NCBI RefSeq assembly: GCF_039654945.1
Contig: NW_027361727.1
Span: forward strand, 3,906,001-3,970,000
Source of the DNA: Dendrobates tinctorius
Taxonomy: Eukaryota
Direction of reading: 5' to 3'
DNA: 64,000 bases
Below the pieces are notes generated by a model, which was not told the origin of the DNA, did not search any database, and worked only from the letters and a program-made list of their open reading frames with translations. Each line of letters begins with the position of its first letter. The first letter of the stretch is position 1. A program made the translations under genes and the position numbers. Positions 12,601-25,342 of this stretch are shown piece by piece.

Positions 12601-13750
12601 AGGAAATTTTTTATATAGTCTCCAAAATTTAAAGAGAATTAGTTGTTCAGATATCCTTCTTTGGTATACGCTTATTCCCTTCCTCTAGAGCATTACATTT
12701 GGCTCAGTAGTTACAAGCTTGAGACAATACCAGATAGAGAATAATCAGGCTTAATATTCATGACCCAAGACTGTAAAGAATGTTATAACAGAGCCAAGTG
12801 ACCACAATGTCCGTATCCACATATAGCCTGTCCCATACCACAGAATGAATAAATTCATCTAACTGAACAGATACTGGACTTATATAGATATCGTTGTTTA
12901 TAGAGAGCTCCACATTTTGAAGATCATAAGCGAATCCCTATAGATAAAGGAATACATGCACAGTCCAAAATATATATATAAATGTAATGTTTGTAGTACA
13001 TATTTCTTCCAAAGGAAAAGAAAGGAAGCCTCAAGTCCACTCCTGCTTCACATGCTGAAACTTGGAAAAGGGGATTTACCTAGAAAAAAGGAAAAAAATA
13101 AAGGAAATAAGGAAGGGGAAGGAAAACAGAGATATAAATCGATAGGTGAAGCAGAGCCGGTTATGCTCACCTTGAAAAAGACACTGTCAGTGTCGGAACG
13201 CGTGGGTCTCCTCCATGGACTCTCAATAACACTTTGACCGCATTGCTGCTATTTAGATGAGGGGGCGACTGACTGTTTCTCCTGCCTATACTTATATAGG
13301 GTGACGTATTCAGCTTGCCTAAATTTCTATTTTGGGATTTTGTGCATTTATTATGTATAGCTGCTTCCTTGCCCTTTGGGCTCTATGGGCATTGCATATG
13401 GTGGTTGTTAGGGTTAAACCCTTGCACTCATGTCTCTGCAAAATAGGGGCTGTATTCTCCCACAGTGTCTGATTGTTTGGCTTCATGTTAGCAGCATTTA
13501 CTTGGAGATATCCTTCTTTGTGTAATACTCAGTATTAGCGGTCAGGTGCTACATTATTAAATATTGAGCATGATATTTTGTCATTTGTTGGAGTGTTCAT
13601 GAATGATCCTTAGTTGGGTCTTTTAAATGTTTTTAAATGTGTGTTGATTTCTGGCTTGTGAACAATAAAATATATTTATATTTTGTACCTATTGGTCTCT
13701 GTGTGGTGATCCTACTCTAATGCATGGTGGTCTTTTTCTCTCTAATTGGA
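9637..13750. mobile_element. 4.1-kb non-coding insertion with about 610-bp inverted ends; probable non-autonomous Penelope-like element
   Basis: 15-bp TSD gtccataggaatcat (9622-9636 and 13751-13765); inverted arms about 9719-10331 and 13131-13750, each carrying CTTGAAAAAG-hairpin-GGAACGCGT and a downstream AATAAA; internal repeats of about 495 bp. Confidence 0.7.
11841..12226. mobile_element. MITE of the same family as 7769-8216 and 36947-37372
   Basis: Shared gatgcaccagcgatcccgacaac and atcgct repeats; it interrupts one copy of the 495-bp internal repeat. Confidence 0.75.
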
Positions 13751-16736
13751 GTCCATAGGAATCATCATGCAGTCCCAGCTTTTCTCGATCAAGAGGAAGA
13801 CTGTGAAAGGAGAACCAGCCAGGTTCAGAATGGTGCATGACCTGAGGGCTGTGAACGAAGCCACCGTGTTTGAAACCCCAATTGTGCCAAATCCGCACAT
13901 TCTGTTGTCAAATGTACCAGCCACAGCAACAGTGCTCACGGTGATTGATCTGTCCAATGCTTCCTTCAATGTTCCCCCTTCACATGGACGACCTGTTCCT
14001 GTTTGCCTTCACGCACCAGGGGGGTGCAGAACACATGGGCAGTGATGCCCCAGGGGGGCCAGAACAGCCCTTCACAGTTCACCAAAGCATTGTCCTCCAT
14101 CCTCGTCAACTGTATTGCAGAGCATGGAGAAGTCATCAACATTGCTACCTGCACAGCCCTTTCCTTGTCTCTTCTACTCTACCTGGCGGAGCAGCAACGC
14201 AAGTTCTTGAAAAACAAAGTCCAGTGGTGTCAAAAGCAAGTTACGTTCCTGGGACAATGTATTGCCCGCCAGACAAAACGTTTGACAGATGACCGCCACT
14301 GTGGAGAAGATGGCTCCCCCAACAACTCTGAAGATACTGCAGGCCTTCCTTGTTCCAGTTTCATATTGCAGAACTTGGATCCCTGATGCTTCAGTCTTAA
14401 TGCAGCCTCTGTACGATTGCGTCAATGCAACCCTGTTCCTCCTGTCATATACAGCCTTCATCTCATACAGGAAACTGAAAGACTCCATAGTCTCTGCGCC
14501 AGCTCTAGGCCTAGGCCTCCCTGACTACGAGAAGCCATTCTGTCTTTACCAAATGGAAAAAGAAGGTAATGCTATTGGCATCCTAAAACAGACCCACGGA
14601 GGAAAACAGAGGCCTCTAGGATACTTCTCGCCCGCCTGGATCCGGTTGCAAGGGGGGCCCCCTCCTGCATGGTGTTTGCAGTGCACGCCCTCCAGGACAA
14701 GGCTGCTGACATCATTCTTGGACAACCACTGGAGATCCTGGCTCCGCACGACATCTCAGCAATTCTCTACCAGACCCAGCCAAAACATCTCTCCACCGCC
14801 CGGCATCTTCGCCTCCAGTGCTCTCAGCTGTTGCCTGACTCTACTCCCACTTCCAAGGGGGATGCCGATACGTCTTCAACCACCACTCTACTCCCACTCC
14901 CAAGGGGGTATGCGGATACGGACTCTTCAGAACAAAATCTGTAGGATACCATAGATGGCTCCAGATTTGCAGATGATGAAGGAAGATTCCACAGGGGATG
15001 TGCAGTGACCAGCAATCAAGAAATCCTATGGTCCAGAAGTTTGTCGCCTAGCTTGTCAGCCCAAGAAGCGGAACTGATAGCACTGACGAAGGCCTGCCAG
15101 ACTGCGAAGGACAAAACTGCAAATGTCTATACCGATTCCAGGTACTCGCATGGCATAGCACATGACTTTGGACCCATCTGGGCTGCAAGGGTCTTCATCA
15201 CAGCAAGTGGAACAACAGTGAAGCATCATGGAGCCATCAGAGACCTGCTGGATGCTCTCCAACTTCCAAAAATGGTGGCTGTGTTAAAAGTCAAGGCACA
15301 TGGAAAACTGAACACAGTAGAGGCACGGGGCAACAACATGGCAGACGTGGCAGCCTAAGAAGCAGCCAAAGGAAGACAATATGGAGAAGTGGGAGAGGTC
15401 GTAGAGCCGGACGGCTACTACATGACGACTGAAGACAAGAAAACCTGACAAAATGACGTCCTGGGATCTGTTCAAGAAGTTGCAGGACCAGACTCCAAAG
15501 GAGCAGAAGGAAAGCTGGATGCTGAAGGGACAACATATGAAGGAAGAAGGGCAAAAGCATTGGACTCCAAAACCCTGTCTACCTCAAAGCATTGGACTCC
15601 AAAACCTGGACTCCAAAACCCTGTCTACCTCAAAGTATGTACCCTATGGTGGTTCAATGGGCACATGGGCCCCCGCACAGATTGAAGACACAGATGAATG
15701 ATCTGATTGGACTCCTTCCTTAACAGACAAATTTACCAGCAGCTGTTTGACCTCAGACAAATGCAACTCTGGACGAATGGGAAGAAGTTCCCCCACATCA
15801 TCTGGTCAGAAGCTTTCCCAGTAAGGAACCGGACTACTGCCAAGAAGCTGCTCTCAGTAATAGTGTGCAGATACGGGGTTCCAGAAGTGATAGAGAGTGA
15901 TCAGGGACTGGCATTCACAGCAAACCTGACATAAGAGATCTGGTCAGCAGTAGGGTCAGACTTAGGCCTACACACTTCCCACCATCCCTCAACATAGACT
16001 AAGTGGGACACTTAAGAGCAGCATGTTAAAAATTGCCCAAGAGACAAACAAACCATGGCATTAGACCCTCCCAATCGCCCTTTTTAGTGTAAGGCATATT
16101 CCCATAGGCCCAGAAAAAGCTGTCACCTATATGAAATTTTATTTGGATCTAGTCCCAGGTCCCTCAGCAGTTGACTATGCAATATGATACTTTGTCTGTT
16201 TGTGTAATTGGACTCACCAAGAAACTTGCTAATGTCCATTCTCGAGTTTTTTGTTCATTGCCAGATCCAGAATCGGTACCTGGTATGCATGTCCTGAAGC
16301 CAGGAGACCGAGTGTTGGTGAAAAAAGTTTGTAAGGAGAGCATTCGATCCCAGATTTGATGGCCCTTCTCCAAGTGCTGCTGATGACACCATCATGGAGG
16401 GAAGACCCACTTGGATCCATGCATCGCATTGCAAGAAAGCTCTCATACCAGAAGATACACCTAAGCGGAATGATGCAGTGGATGCCCTACCTGACGGAAT
16501 AAATGACCTACCTGATGGAGAATACACACCGCTGACTACATAGACTGCTAACTAAGAGACTTTGATCACAATACAATGAACCCCCGTTAGGGACAGATCT
16601 CCTGACCGCCCATTTGCAAAAGTCTGTACGGAGGGAGGGTGTATGCACTAGGCGTGCGTCAGCCCACTGGCAGCATAAGAATTGCAGCACTTTGGCACAG
16701 GAGCAGGATTAGGGCAAGTGATATCTAAGGGGGGAT

Positions 16737-17243
16737 TGTGATGGAAATATATACATTTCATATAGATCTCACTTGCATGTATTCTCATAAATACATATAT
16801 ATAATCACAGCTAACATGAACGCTATAATCAGTTGCTCAGAATGACCCAGTGACCTCGTGAGCCAGCTAGCTCAAACCAGGCTAGCTCCTCGCTATTTTC
16901 CAGACATCGAAAAAGCGGAAGTAACACCAGATGTCCAAACTGATGTCTCAATTTTGTCCTGGCTCCAAGAGTTACACTGTAGTTACCTATCATGCACGGA
17001 TCACGATATCTTCCATGTACTCAAATAGCCAATAGCATTATAGCTCAGCCTTATGTCAATTAACTAACCACTCCTTTCTATACGTAATTATAAAACCATG
17101 TATGTGTAATAAACCTTCCGAGTATTGAATGCCATCCATATGTACAGAGTTTCATTTCATTGAGCTCTCAAACTGCTAAGTTTAATTGGGAGCAGCCGCA
17201 GCACACACAGGGATAGATTAATCCCAACCAAATTTCCATAACA
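16737..17243 (+). repeat. ERV 3' LTR
   Basis: About 23 substitutions and 2 indels relative to the 5' LTR by manual count; preceded by the PPT aagggggga (16727-16735). Confidence 0.95.
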
Positions 17244-17629
17244 TTGGCATGCCAGAGCCTGTATGTCACTCTCCACAAGGAGAAACATTACCCATTAGAC
17301 ACCTAATTTAGAAAAATTCTATTAGTGGAATTATTGACCAGGATAATGCTGTCATCTAGTGTTCACAACTGGGCATTACAATGTATATTTATCTGCACAA
17401 GTATCGCTATCCTGTACCCCAAGTGTTGGTGTCATATAATAATATATCCCAAGTGTCAGTATCATTATCCTGCACCCTAAATGTCAGTGTCATTATCCTG
17501 TACCCCAAGTCTTGTACCCAAAATGTTGCTCATTAGCCGGTCCCCCAAGTATCAGTTTGTCATTGTCCTGTACCCTGAGTGTCAGTTATGGCATTATTCT
17601 GCTGCAGGCGCTGGAGTTATGGCAGCACT

Positions 17630-18873
17630 GATAGAAGACTTTTCACCAGTCACCATCTTTTGCTTTTATTGTATTTCCGCTACTCCTTTGAGTATTGTTT
17701 TTTTTAAAATCCGCCATATGGCGCTATCCACAGATAGGGGCCTTTTTATTTAGTGCTAATTTTATGGTGTTTTCCAATGGGGCGTTCTAGGGGAATTATA
17801 CAGATCACACTAAAGACACCCCCATAGGATGCTGTGAGCCACGCCTCCATAGAATTCTGTGAGCTACGTCCCATACAATCATGTTAGCCATGCCCCCATA
17901 AAAATCCTGTGAGCCAGGCCCCATAGAATCATGTGAGCCATGCCTCCACAGAATCCTGAGCCATGCCTCCATAGAATCCTGTGAGCTATGCGTCCATAAT
18001 CATGGAAGCCTATGCACCCATAGAATCCTGTGAGCCATGCCCCCATAGAATCCTGTGAGCCACGCCCCCATAGAATACTGTGAGACACGTCCTTATAGAA
18101 TCCTGTGAGCCACGCCTCCATAGAATCCTGTGAGCCACGCCCCCATAGAATCCTGTGAGCCACTCCCCCATATAATCCTGTGAGCCACGCCCCCATAGAA
18201 TACTGTGAGCCACGTCCCTATAGAATCCTGTGAGCCACGCCTCCATAGAATCCTGTGAGCCATGCCTCAATGGAATCCTGTTAGTCACGCCTCCATAGAA
18301 TCCAGTTATCCACGCCTCCATAGAATCCAGTTAGCCACGCCTCCTTAGAATCCTGTGAGTCTTACGCCATAGAATCATGTGAGCCACGCCTCCATGGAAT
18401 CCTGTGAGCCACGCCTCCATAGAATCCTGTGAGCCACGCCGCCATAGAATCCTGTTAGCCACGCCTCCATAGAATCATGTTAGCCACGCCTCCATAGAAT
18501 CCCGTGAGTCTTACGCCATAGAATCCTGTGAGCCACGACTCCATAGAATCCTGTGAGCCACGCCTCCATAGAATCCTGTGAGCCACGCCTCCATAGAATC
18601 TTGTGAGCCACGCCTCCATAGAATCTTGTGAGCCACGCCTCCATAGAATCTTGTGAGCCACGCCTCCATAGAATCTTGTGAGCCACGCCTCCATAGAATC
18701 CTGTGAGCCATGCCTCCATAGAATCTTGTGAGCCACACCCCCTTATGAAAACCATATAGTTTAGCACTGAATAAAATGTCAGCTTTAAAAAAAACCCAGA
18801 ATACTCGGGAGAGCATCGGGAATACAGTAAGAGCAAAAATTGCCCACTTTTTACCTGGCGACAGGTCCTCTTT
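17630..18873. mobile_element. MITE (Kolobok/T2-like termini) enclosing a minisatellite
   Basis: Degenerate inverted arms 17655-17782 and 18740-18842; right end gacaggtcctcttta. Confidence 0.55.
17820..18738. repeat. 25-bp minisatellite (ccatagaatcctgtgagccacgcct)
   Basis: About 36 tandem copies. Confidence 0.95.
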
Positions 18874-20005
18874 ATGCAGGAGCATTATGGGGCAGTTGTT
18901 TTTATGTAATCTTCATCTTTCTGATTCAGATCAGGAGGATTGGAGGATTTTAAACAAAGCTCTGTAATAGGAGGCGCAAGCGATCTGATCGCTCCATGCC
19001 CTGTGTTTAGGAAATAGGTTGCTGGATTCTTCTGGACGGCGGGTTGTGCAGCATCTTGCATTGCCCTCCGCCCACTGGCTTAACCTGATCTCATTATTCC
19101 AGCGCCTAAGGCGGCCGACAGCAGGAGACAAATAGAGGTGGCAATGGAATGCAGCATTGCACAATGTGATATGGGTACTACTAATTATGGTGCACAGTAT
19201 ATGATGCTCTGTTTGGTAACCATGGATCACTATCTGTGCTCTTTACTATTAGACACTTTGTGAGCACTATGTGTACAGGAACTATCAGTATGGTGTTGTT
19301 TACGGAGATGCACTAAGTGAACAGTGCCATTTACTGTGATGCAATGTCTGAAGAGAGAATCTGTCACTTACCAAAATATATATTTTTCCCTGGTCTAAAA
19401 CCGAGTGAACAGCATTTACTTTTGTTCTCCATTCATGAGATATGTCCTCTCTTCCTTTTATATACATTTGTCAGCCAAGGGGGTGGGGTCAACTCATCTC
19501 TGTGGATGTTTTCTTGAATATTACACCCTTTAGCTAATGAGTACATTTACACACATGGGAGAATGGCCATATCTCGGGATCGGAGGGGCGCAGGAGGAAA
19601 AGAAAATGCCGGATTCAGGAGAATAGCAGCATTTACACCAGGTAAAAAAAATTAAGTGACAGATCCTCAATGGAGATGTACAATATTAAAATCTTGCTGT
19701 GCAGATGACTTTGCTGAGTGGAGTCATTGTTGAAATCTGTGTTCTCAGGTTATGGGCCAGCTGGAGAAGACTGGTAGAAGGGAACCATGCCAGAGAACGA
19801 GCCGTCTGACCTCACTGTTATACATTGTACTGTCAGTAGTTTTTAATGATCATCCATTATGATTACGCTCTGTAGAGCGTCGGTGCAGTATCTGACCCCG
19901 GTATCATTACTGTATTCAGGCTCAGAATTGTGGGAATATTATTGCCATTTGTACTGTTTTATTCACTAACTTTATAGCTGAATGATGGTGCTATGAAATA
20001 ACAGT

Positions 20006-21290
20006 ATGGTGGTATTATCCAGTCACTGTCTAGTGGTATTATTCAATAACTGTATCATGGTATTATCCAGTGACTGTACAGCCATATTATTAAATAACAG
20101 TTTCACAGCATTATCCAGTGACGCTACAGTGGTATTATTTAATAACTGTTTCACAGTGTTATCCAGTGATGGTATAGTGGTATTATTTAATAACTGTATT
20201 ACGGTATTATCCAGTGCTTGTACAGCAGTATTATTTAATAACACGGAATTATCCAGTGGCGGTACAGCGATATTGTTTAATAACTGTATCACAGTGTTAT
20301 CCAGTGACGGTACAGCTGTATTTAATAACTGTATCACAGTGTTATCCAGTGACGGTACAGCTGTATTATTTAATAACTGTATCACAGTGTTATCCAGTGA
20401 CGGTACAGCTGTATTATTTAATGACTATATCACGGTATTATCCAGTGCTGGTACAGCGGTATTATTTAAATACTATCATGGTATCATCCAGTGACTGTAC
20501 TGCAGTATTATATAATAAATTTATCACGGTGTAATCCAGTGACGGTATAGCGGTATTATTTAATAACTGTATTATGGTGTTATCCAGTGATGGTCCAGCT
20601 TTACTATTTAATGACTATCACGGTATTATCCAGTGCTGGTACAGTGGTATTATTTAAATACTATCATGGTGTTATCCAGTGACGGTATAGTGGTATTATT
20701 TAATGACTACCAGGCAGCATGGTTGCTCAGTGGTTAGCACCTCAGTCTTGCAGCGCTGGAGTCCTGTGTTCAAATCCCGCCAAGGACAACATCTGCAAGG
20801 AGTTTGTATGTTCTCCCAGTGTTTGCGTGGGTTTCCTCCAGGTTCTCCAGTTTCCTCCTACATCCCAAAGACATACTGATAGGGAATTTAGATTGTAAGC
20901 CCCGTCAGCAAGTGCCAATAATGTCTGTAAAGCGCTGTGGAATTAATGGTGCTATATAAATTATAAATTAGTAAAATAAATACTACCATGGTCTTATTCA
21001 GTGACGTTATAGCAGTATTTTTTTTAGTAACCCTATGGTGGTATTATCTAGTGCTGGTACAGTGTCATTATTTAGTAACTGTATAGTTTTATTATCCAGT
21101 GATAATTTTATCTGTGTTATTCAGTGAAATGACAGGGTTATTAGTCAGTATGGTAGTAATATTTAGTTACTGTCTAGTGGTTTTATCTTCTGATAGTAGC
21201 GCTATTACCTAGAAACTGTATGATGGTCTTGTCCAGTGACTGTTTATTGGTATTACTTAGTAACTGTATGTTAGTGGTATTAAATAGTAA
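20006..21290. repeat. Degenerate tandem repeat of about 60 bp (ttatccagtg...tattatttaataactg)
   Basis: Periodic motif, interrupted by the SINE. Confidence 0.85.
20713..20981 (+). mobile_element. tRNA-derived SINE (V-SINE-like)
   Basis: A box (gctcagtggttag), B box (gttcaaatc), V-domain-like gagtttgtatgttctccc...gggtttcctcc, L2-like tail tgtaaagcgctg; 7-bp TSD actacca. Confidence 0.8.
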
Positions 21291-21540
21291 CTGAAAAAAG
21301 TATTATCCAGAAAAAAATATAGTGGTAGTAACTGTAGTAACTGCAGTGTGGCTAAAAGTGCCCCATTCTGCTGATCAATGCAGGACCCAGGGGTTGGATT
21401 CACATCGCTCAATAAGTTATCACCCATCCCGTGGTTATATGATTACTTGTTTTCACCGCACAATCTCTTTAAGTGACTGCAGGGAAACAAGGAAAAGGCC
21501 ACATTAATAACTGGCTCTTGCAGTTTTCAACCGCAGCCTA

Positions 21541-21714
21541 AGGGTTCGCTCATACGTCCGTGTAAATCGGTCTGAGATCAGACCACTAATGCACAGACTA
21601 GCAATCTTTATGTATTGCTATGAGGCTGTCACGCTCAGAACAGGAGACCTGCGGCCAATTCATGCATTAGTGGTCTGATCTCGGACTAATTTAAACAGAC
21701 ATCTGAATGAGCCT
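21541..21714. mobile_element. Short palindromic MITE
   Basis: gagatcagaccactaatgca / tgcattagtggtctgatctc inverted pair. Confidence 0.6.
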
Positions 21715-21731
21715 TTACACTGTCGCCTTAA

Positions 21732-24424
21732 GGGCTCGTATTCATTTGCGAGAAAAACAGACAATTGCAATACAAAAAAAATTAAAAAAATCGGACTGAC
21801 GGCACTGTGATCAAAGTAAATCTATGAGTCCCTGCTCATCTGTGATTTTTTTTTCAGCTCAGAACAGGCTGAGAAAAAAAAAAAAAAAAAAAAATCGCAG
21901 CATGCTGACATTGTCCTCGTATCTTGGACGGGACTCGCCAAAGCAAGTCATTGGATGTGATAAAAAAAAATTGCATAGCACTTGGACGATGCAAGGGCCG
22001 TCCGACTTTTACACACACGTCCTTGAAAACCCGACATTTCATCTGCCCTGTACAGTAAAAATCACAGCGTTAATCGACAGAATAGATAGAATACATATAT
22101 ACGTAGAATAGATAGCTATAAAGATGACAGTAACATTATTACAGTGCATGTGTAGCTTACTGTACATGTATTTTATTACTAACATTTTCTGGAAAAAAAA
22201 AATGGCATGGGATCTCCTGAAATTTTATGAACCAGCAGAGGGAAAGCGGACAGCTTGGGGGATGATGTTTATAGCCTGGGAAGGGGATAATATTAATGGA
22301 GCTTCCCAGGCTATTAATATCAGCTCACAGCTGTATACCTAGCCGTTTCTGGTTATTATAATGGGTGACGCCCCCACAAAAAAAAGAAGTAGGGTCCTGT
22401 TTAATTAATAATCAGCAAAGGCTAGGCAGACAGATGCAGGCTGATATTAATAGGCTAGGAAGGGGCCATGGATATTTGTCCCCTTCCAGAATAAAAAATC
22501 AGCTCTCAGCCGCCCCAAAAATGGCGCATCCATAAGATGCACCAAATCTGGCACTTAGCCTAGTTTTTCCCACTTGCCCTGCTGCATTGGCAAGTGGAGT
22601 GATAGTATTGGGGTTGATGTCAGCTTTGTATTGGCAGCTGACATCAAGCCCAGGGGTTAGTAATGGAGAGGAGTCTATAAGACACCCTCATAGTCAAATT
22701 GTTAAAATAAATAACACCCAGAATAAAGTCCTTTATATGAAAAAAATTACACAGACTCCTTTATTGAATTAAAATTTAACAAGAACACATACTCACATTT
22801 ATGCCCAATCCATTGAAGCCCATGTCCCCTGTAAAAAAAATAAAAATAACACAACATCAACCTCACCTGTCCCAACGTGAAGATAATCCAATTGTCCAGT
22901 GACTCGTCTAGCTTTGATACATCTAGATGACAGACTGAATTGTTGCATGATGCAACAATACATCCTGCCATCCAGCAGACTCCGAGCAGCGCGTGCTTGC
23001 TCAGCCACTCAGTGACGTGATAAAGTTCATATCCAATGAATTCGCTTCACTTTACTGACATAACCGCGAGCATGAAAAAGTTCTCACACTCGTGGTACTG
23101 TCAGAAAGGTAATCGGAGTTAAGAGCCAATTAACTCAATTCAACTCGGTGACATCAGCGTGAGCGCCGTTAGGATTTTTCCAATGGCGCTCTTGCTGACG
23201 TACTTGAGGTGAAAGGAGTTCATTGGTTCTGAACTCAGAGGACCTTTCGAACGGCACTGTGAGAACTTTCCCGCACTCGCAGTGTCGTCAGTGAGGTGAA
23301 ATGAGTTCATTGGATAGGAATTCCGCGCAACTTTAACATGTCACCGTTAGTCACTGAGTTGAGCAAGCACGAGTAGCTCAGTGTCTCTGCTGGATGGCAG
23401 GTTGCATTGTCGAATCATGCAAAAATTCAGCCTATCTAGATGTAGCAGAGCTAGAAGTGTCACGTGACAATTGAATTATCTTCACTTCGGGGACAGGAGA
23501 GGATGATGTTGCTTCATTATTTTATTTTTATTTACAGGGGACATGGGCTGACTATGGGGTTAGTTATGGGGGCGTCTTATAGGTGTGTCTCCATTACTAA
23601 CCCCGAGTCTTGATGTTGGCTGCCAATACAAAGCTGACATCAACCTTAATACTATCACTCCACTTGCTCGCACACCAGGGCAAGTGGGAAGAATGAGGTT
23701 AAGCACCAGAATTGGCACATCTTATGGATACGCCATTTCTGGGGTGGCTGAGAGCTGATCTTTTTAGTCTAGGATGAGGCCAATATCCATGGCCCTTTCC
23801 TAGGCTATTAATATTGGCCTGCAGCTGTCTGCTTAGCCTTTGCTAGTTATTAATTGTAGGGGGACCCTACGTAATTTTTTTGGGGGGATCCCCCATTTTA
23901 ATAACCAGTAAAGGCTGAGTATAAAGCTGTGAGCTGATATTAATAACCTGGGAAGCTCCAAGGGTATTACCCACTTCCCAGGCTATAAACATCTGCCCCT
24001 AGTTGTCAGCTTTCCCTCTGCTGGGTAATAAAAATTTGGGGGAATCATACCATTTTTTCCAGAAAATAATTTACACACACAAAGTGCTGTATATCTATCT
24101 GTACCTATCCATCTCTGCTGCTGTGGGAAGGAATAGGAGATACAGATCCAAATTTGAAGTGTGCAGATAACTAAACCCGCTCAAATTTGGATCTGCATCT
24201 CCTATTCCTTTCCAAGGCAGCACAGATAGTTATATCATGGATCCAGAGCAGTGTTTAAACTCTGTCAGTGGTTGTGTGCACACAACCACATCAGGTGAGA
24301 ACCTCTTTGGAAATCAGATCTCATTCGGATGCGATGTGCTAAAAATCGCATGATACTCGTCTCACTTTTCTGGACCGATATCGGACAGTTTTTTGTTTTT
24401 TTTTACGGTGATGAGTATAAGCCC
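21732..24424. mobile_element. 2.7-kb foldback (palindromic) Harbinger-like non-autonomous element
   Basis: TAA TSD; TIR gggctcgtattcat / atgagtataagccc; long internal inverted arms about 22200-23170 versus 23180-24060. Confidence 0.75.
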
Positions 24425-25336
24425 TAAAATCAATATTCAATCATGACTACAAAGAGGCCTTTAATAGAGGCCTAGTGGCAGAGCTAAAGGGATTGTGCAA
24501 ATCATTTCTGCTTTCAGAAACAGAACTACACTTGACCATTGGTTGCATCTTGTATTGCAACTCAGCACCACTGAAGTGAATGGAGCAGAGCCGCAATACC
24601 AAACACAAGCCATGGTCAGGGGTGGTGCTGTTCCTGAAGGAGAGCAGTCATGGACGAGACGTTTAAGCTTCATGCCCCAATCTTAACCTGAAGATCATTA
24701 TAAGTGAAATGCACCAACTTTATAAAGAGCCAGCGATAATGTTGGCTCTTAATGCCTCAATACATTTGTCAGCCCATTGTTGATCACACTCCCGACTAGT
24801 ACACTTGTCTTGGGGAGAGAAGTGAAAAAGTTGTAAATTAGGCTGGGGGGCTACATGGAGAACGTGTCGCACAACTATTTTAGAGCTGCGACTTTGCTGT
24901 ATAAAAAATGATTAAAAATCCAAATTGCAGTTGTGTGCGATTTGCGTTGTCATCTAGGGCAAATGATCAGTGACATAAAAGCCTATGAATAAGCTTTAAA
25001 TGTCGCACATTAGTCTTCAACATCACAGAGAAAAAACAATGTAGATTTTGCACTGCACTGGGGTACGAAAAGTGTCAAATAATGAATTTGCCAAAAACAT
25101 CTGGTTAATGAAGACCAAGACCACAAAAAAAGGACAAGGATTGAGAAAAAAATAGTGCAGCAATGGTGAAGAAACCATAATGAATTTGGCCCAAAAACAT
25201 TTCCTAAAATCAAAACTTCAATTGCCCCTCAATCCAACAAGGTGCAAAGCGAATGATGAATCTTGGCCAAAGTCCATTAGCGACTTCCAGGATTTATCAG
25301 GACGCACTGACTCCACACAGGATAAATAAGCATCGA

Positions 25337-25342
25337 TTTATT
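25337..25342 (-). promoter_or_regulatory. Probable NAV2 polyadenylation signal (AATAAA), implying a 3'UTR of about 2.3 kb
   Basis: tttatt on the + strand at the end of a U-rich, UTR-like stretch; alternatives at 25497-25502 and 26130-26135. Confidence 0.5.

Larger units (their letters stand above)
8528..16500 (+). pseudogene. pol: ERV pro-pol remnant, interrupted from 9154 to 13750
   Basis: Protease FLVDTGA (about 8640) and PLNLLGADLL; RT FRMVHDLRAVN, VIDLSNASF, MPQGGQNSP; RNase H DGS, SAQEAEL, YTDSRY, GNNMAD; integrase RYGVPEVIESDQG and WIHASHCKK; many deletions and stops. Confidence 0.92.
4474..17243 (+). mobile_element. Defective env-less endogenous retrovirus (class I, epsilon-like), with both LTRs
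   Basis: TG...CA LTR pair, 4-bp TSD TTGG (4470-4473 and 17244-17247), PBS, PPT, and gag-pro-RT-RNaseH-IN remnants in retroviral order. Confidence 0.95.

Noticed and set aside
9637-13750. DIRS or TIR DNA-transposon interpretation; possible GIY-YIG remnant (IGPDGFN in ORF 12390-12590)
   Set aside because: The 15-bp TSD, asymmetric arms and HHR-like motif fit a Penelope-like element better; the peptide match is too short to call.
16450-16736. ERV env gene
   Set aside because: Too little space before the PPT and no env motifs.
17820-18738. CRISPR-like regular repeats (also 53228-54891 and 2095-3210)
   Set aside because: The units abut with no unique spacers, there are no cas genes, and the context is vertebrate; these are minisatellites.
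20713-20790. tRNA gene
   Set aside because: It is the tRNA-derived head of a SINE, followed by SINE body, tail and TSD.
1-25300. DBX1 or other host-gene exons downstream of NAV2
   Set aside because: No homeodomain or other recognisable host coding sequence was found.
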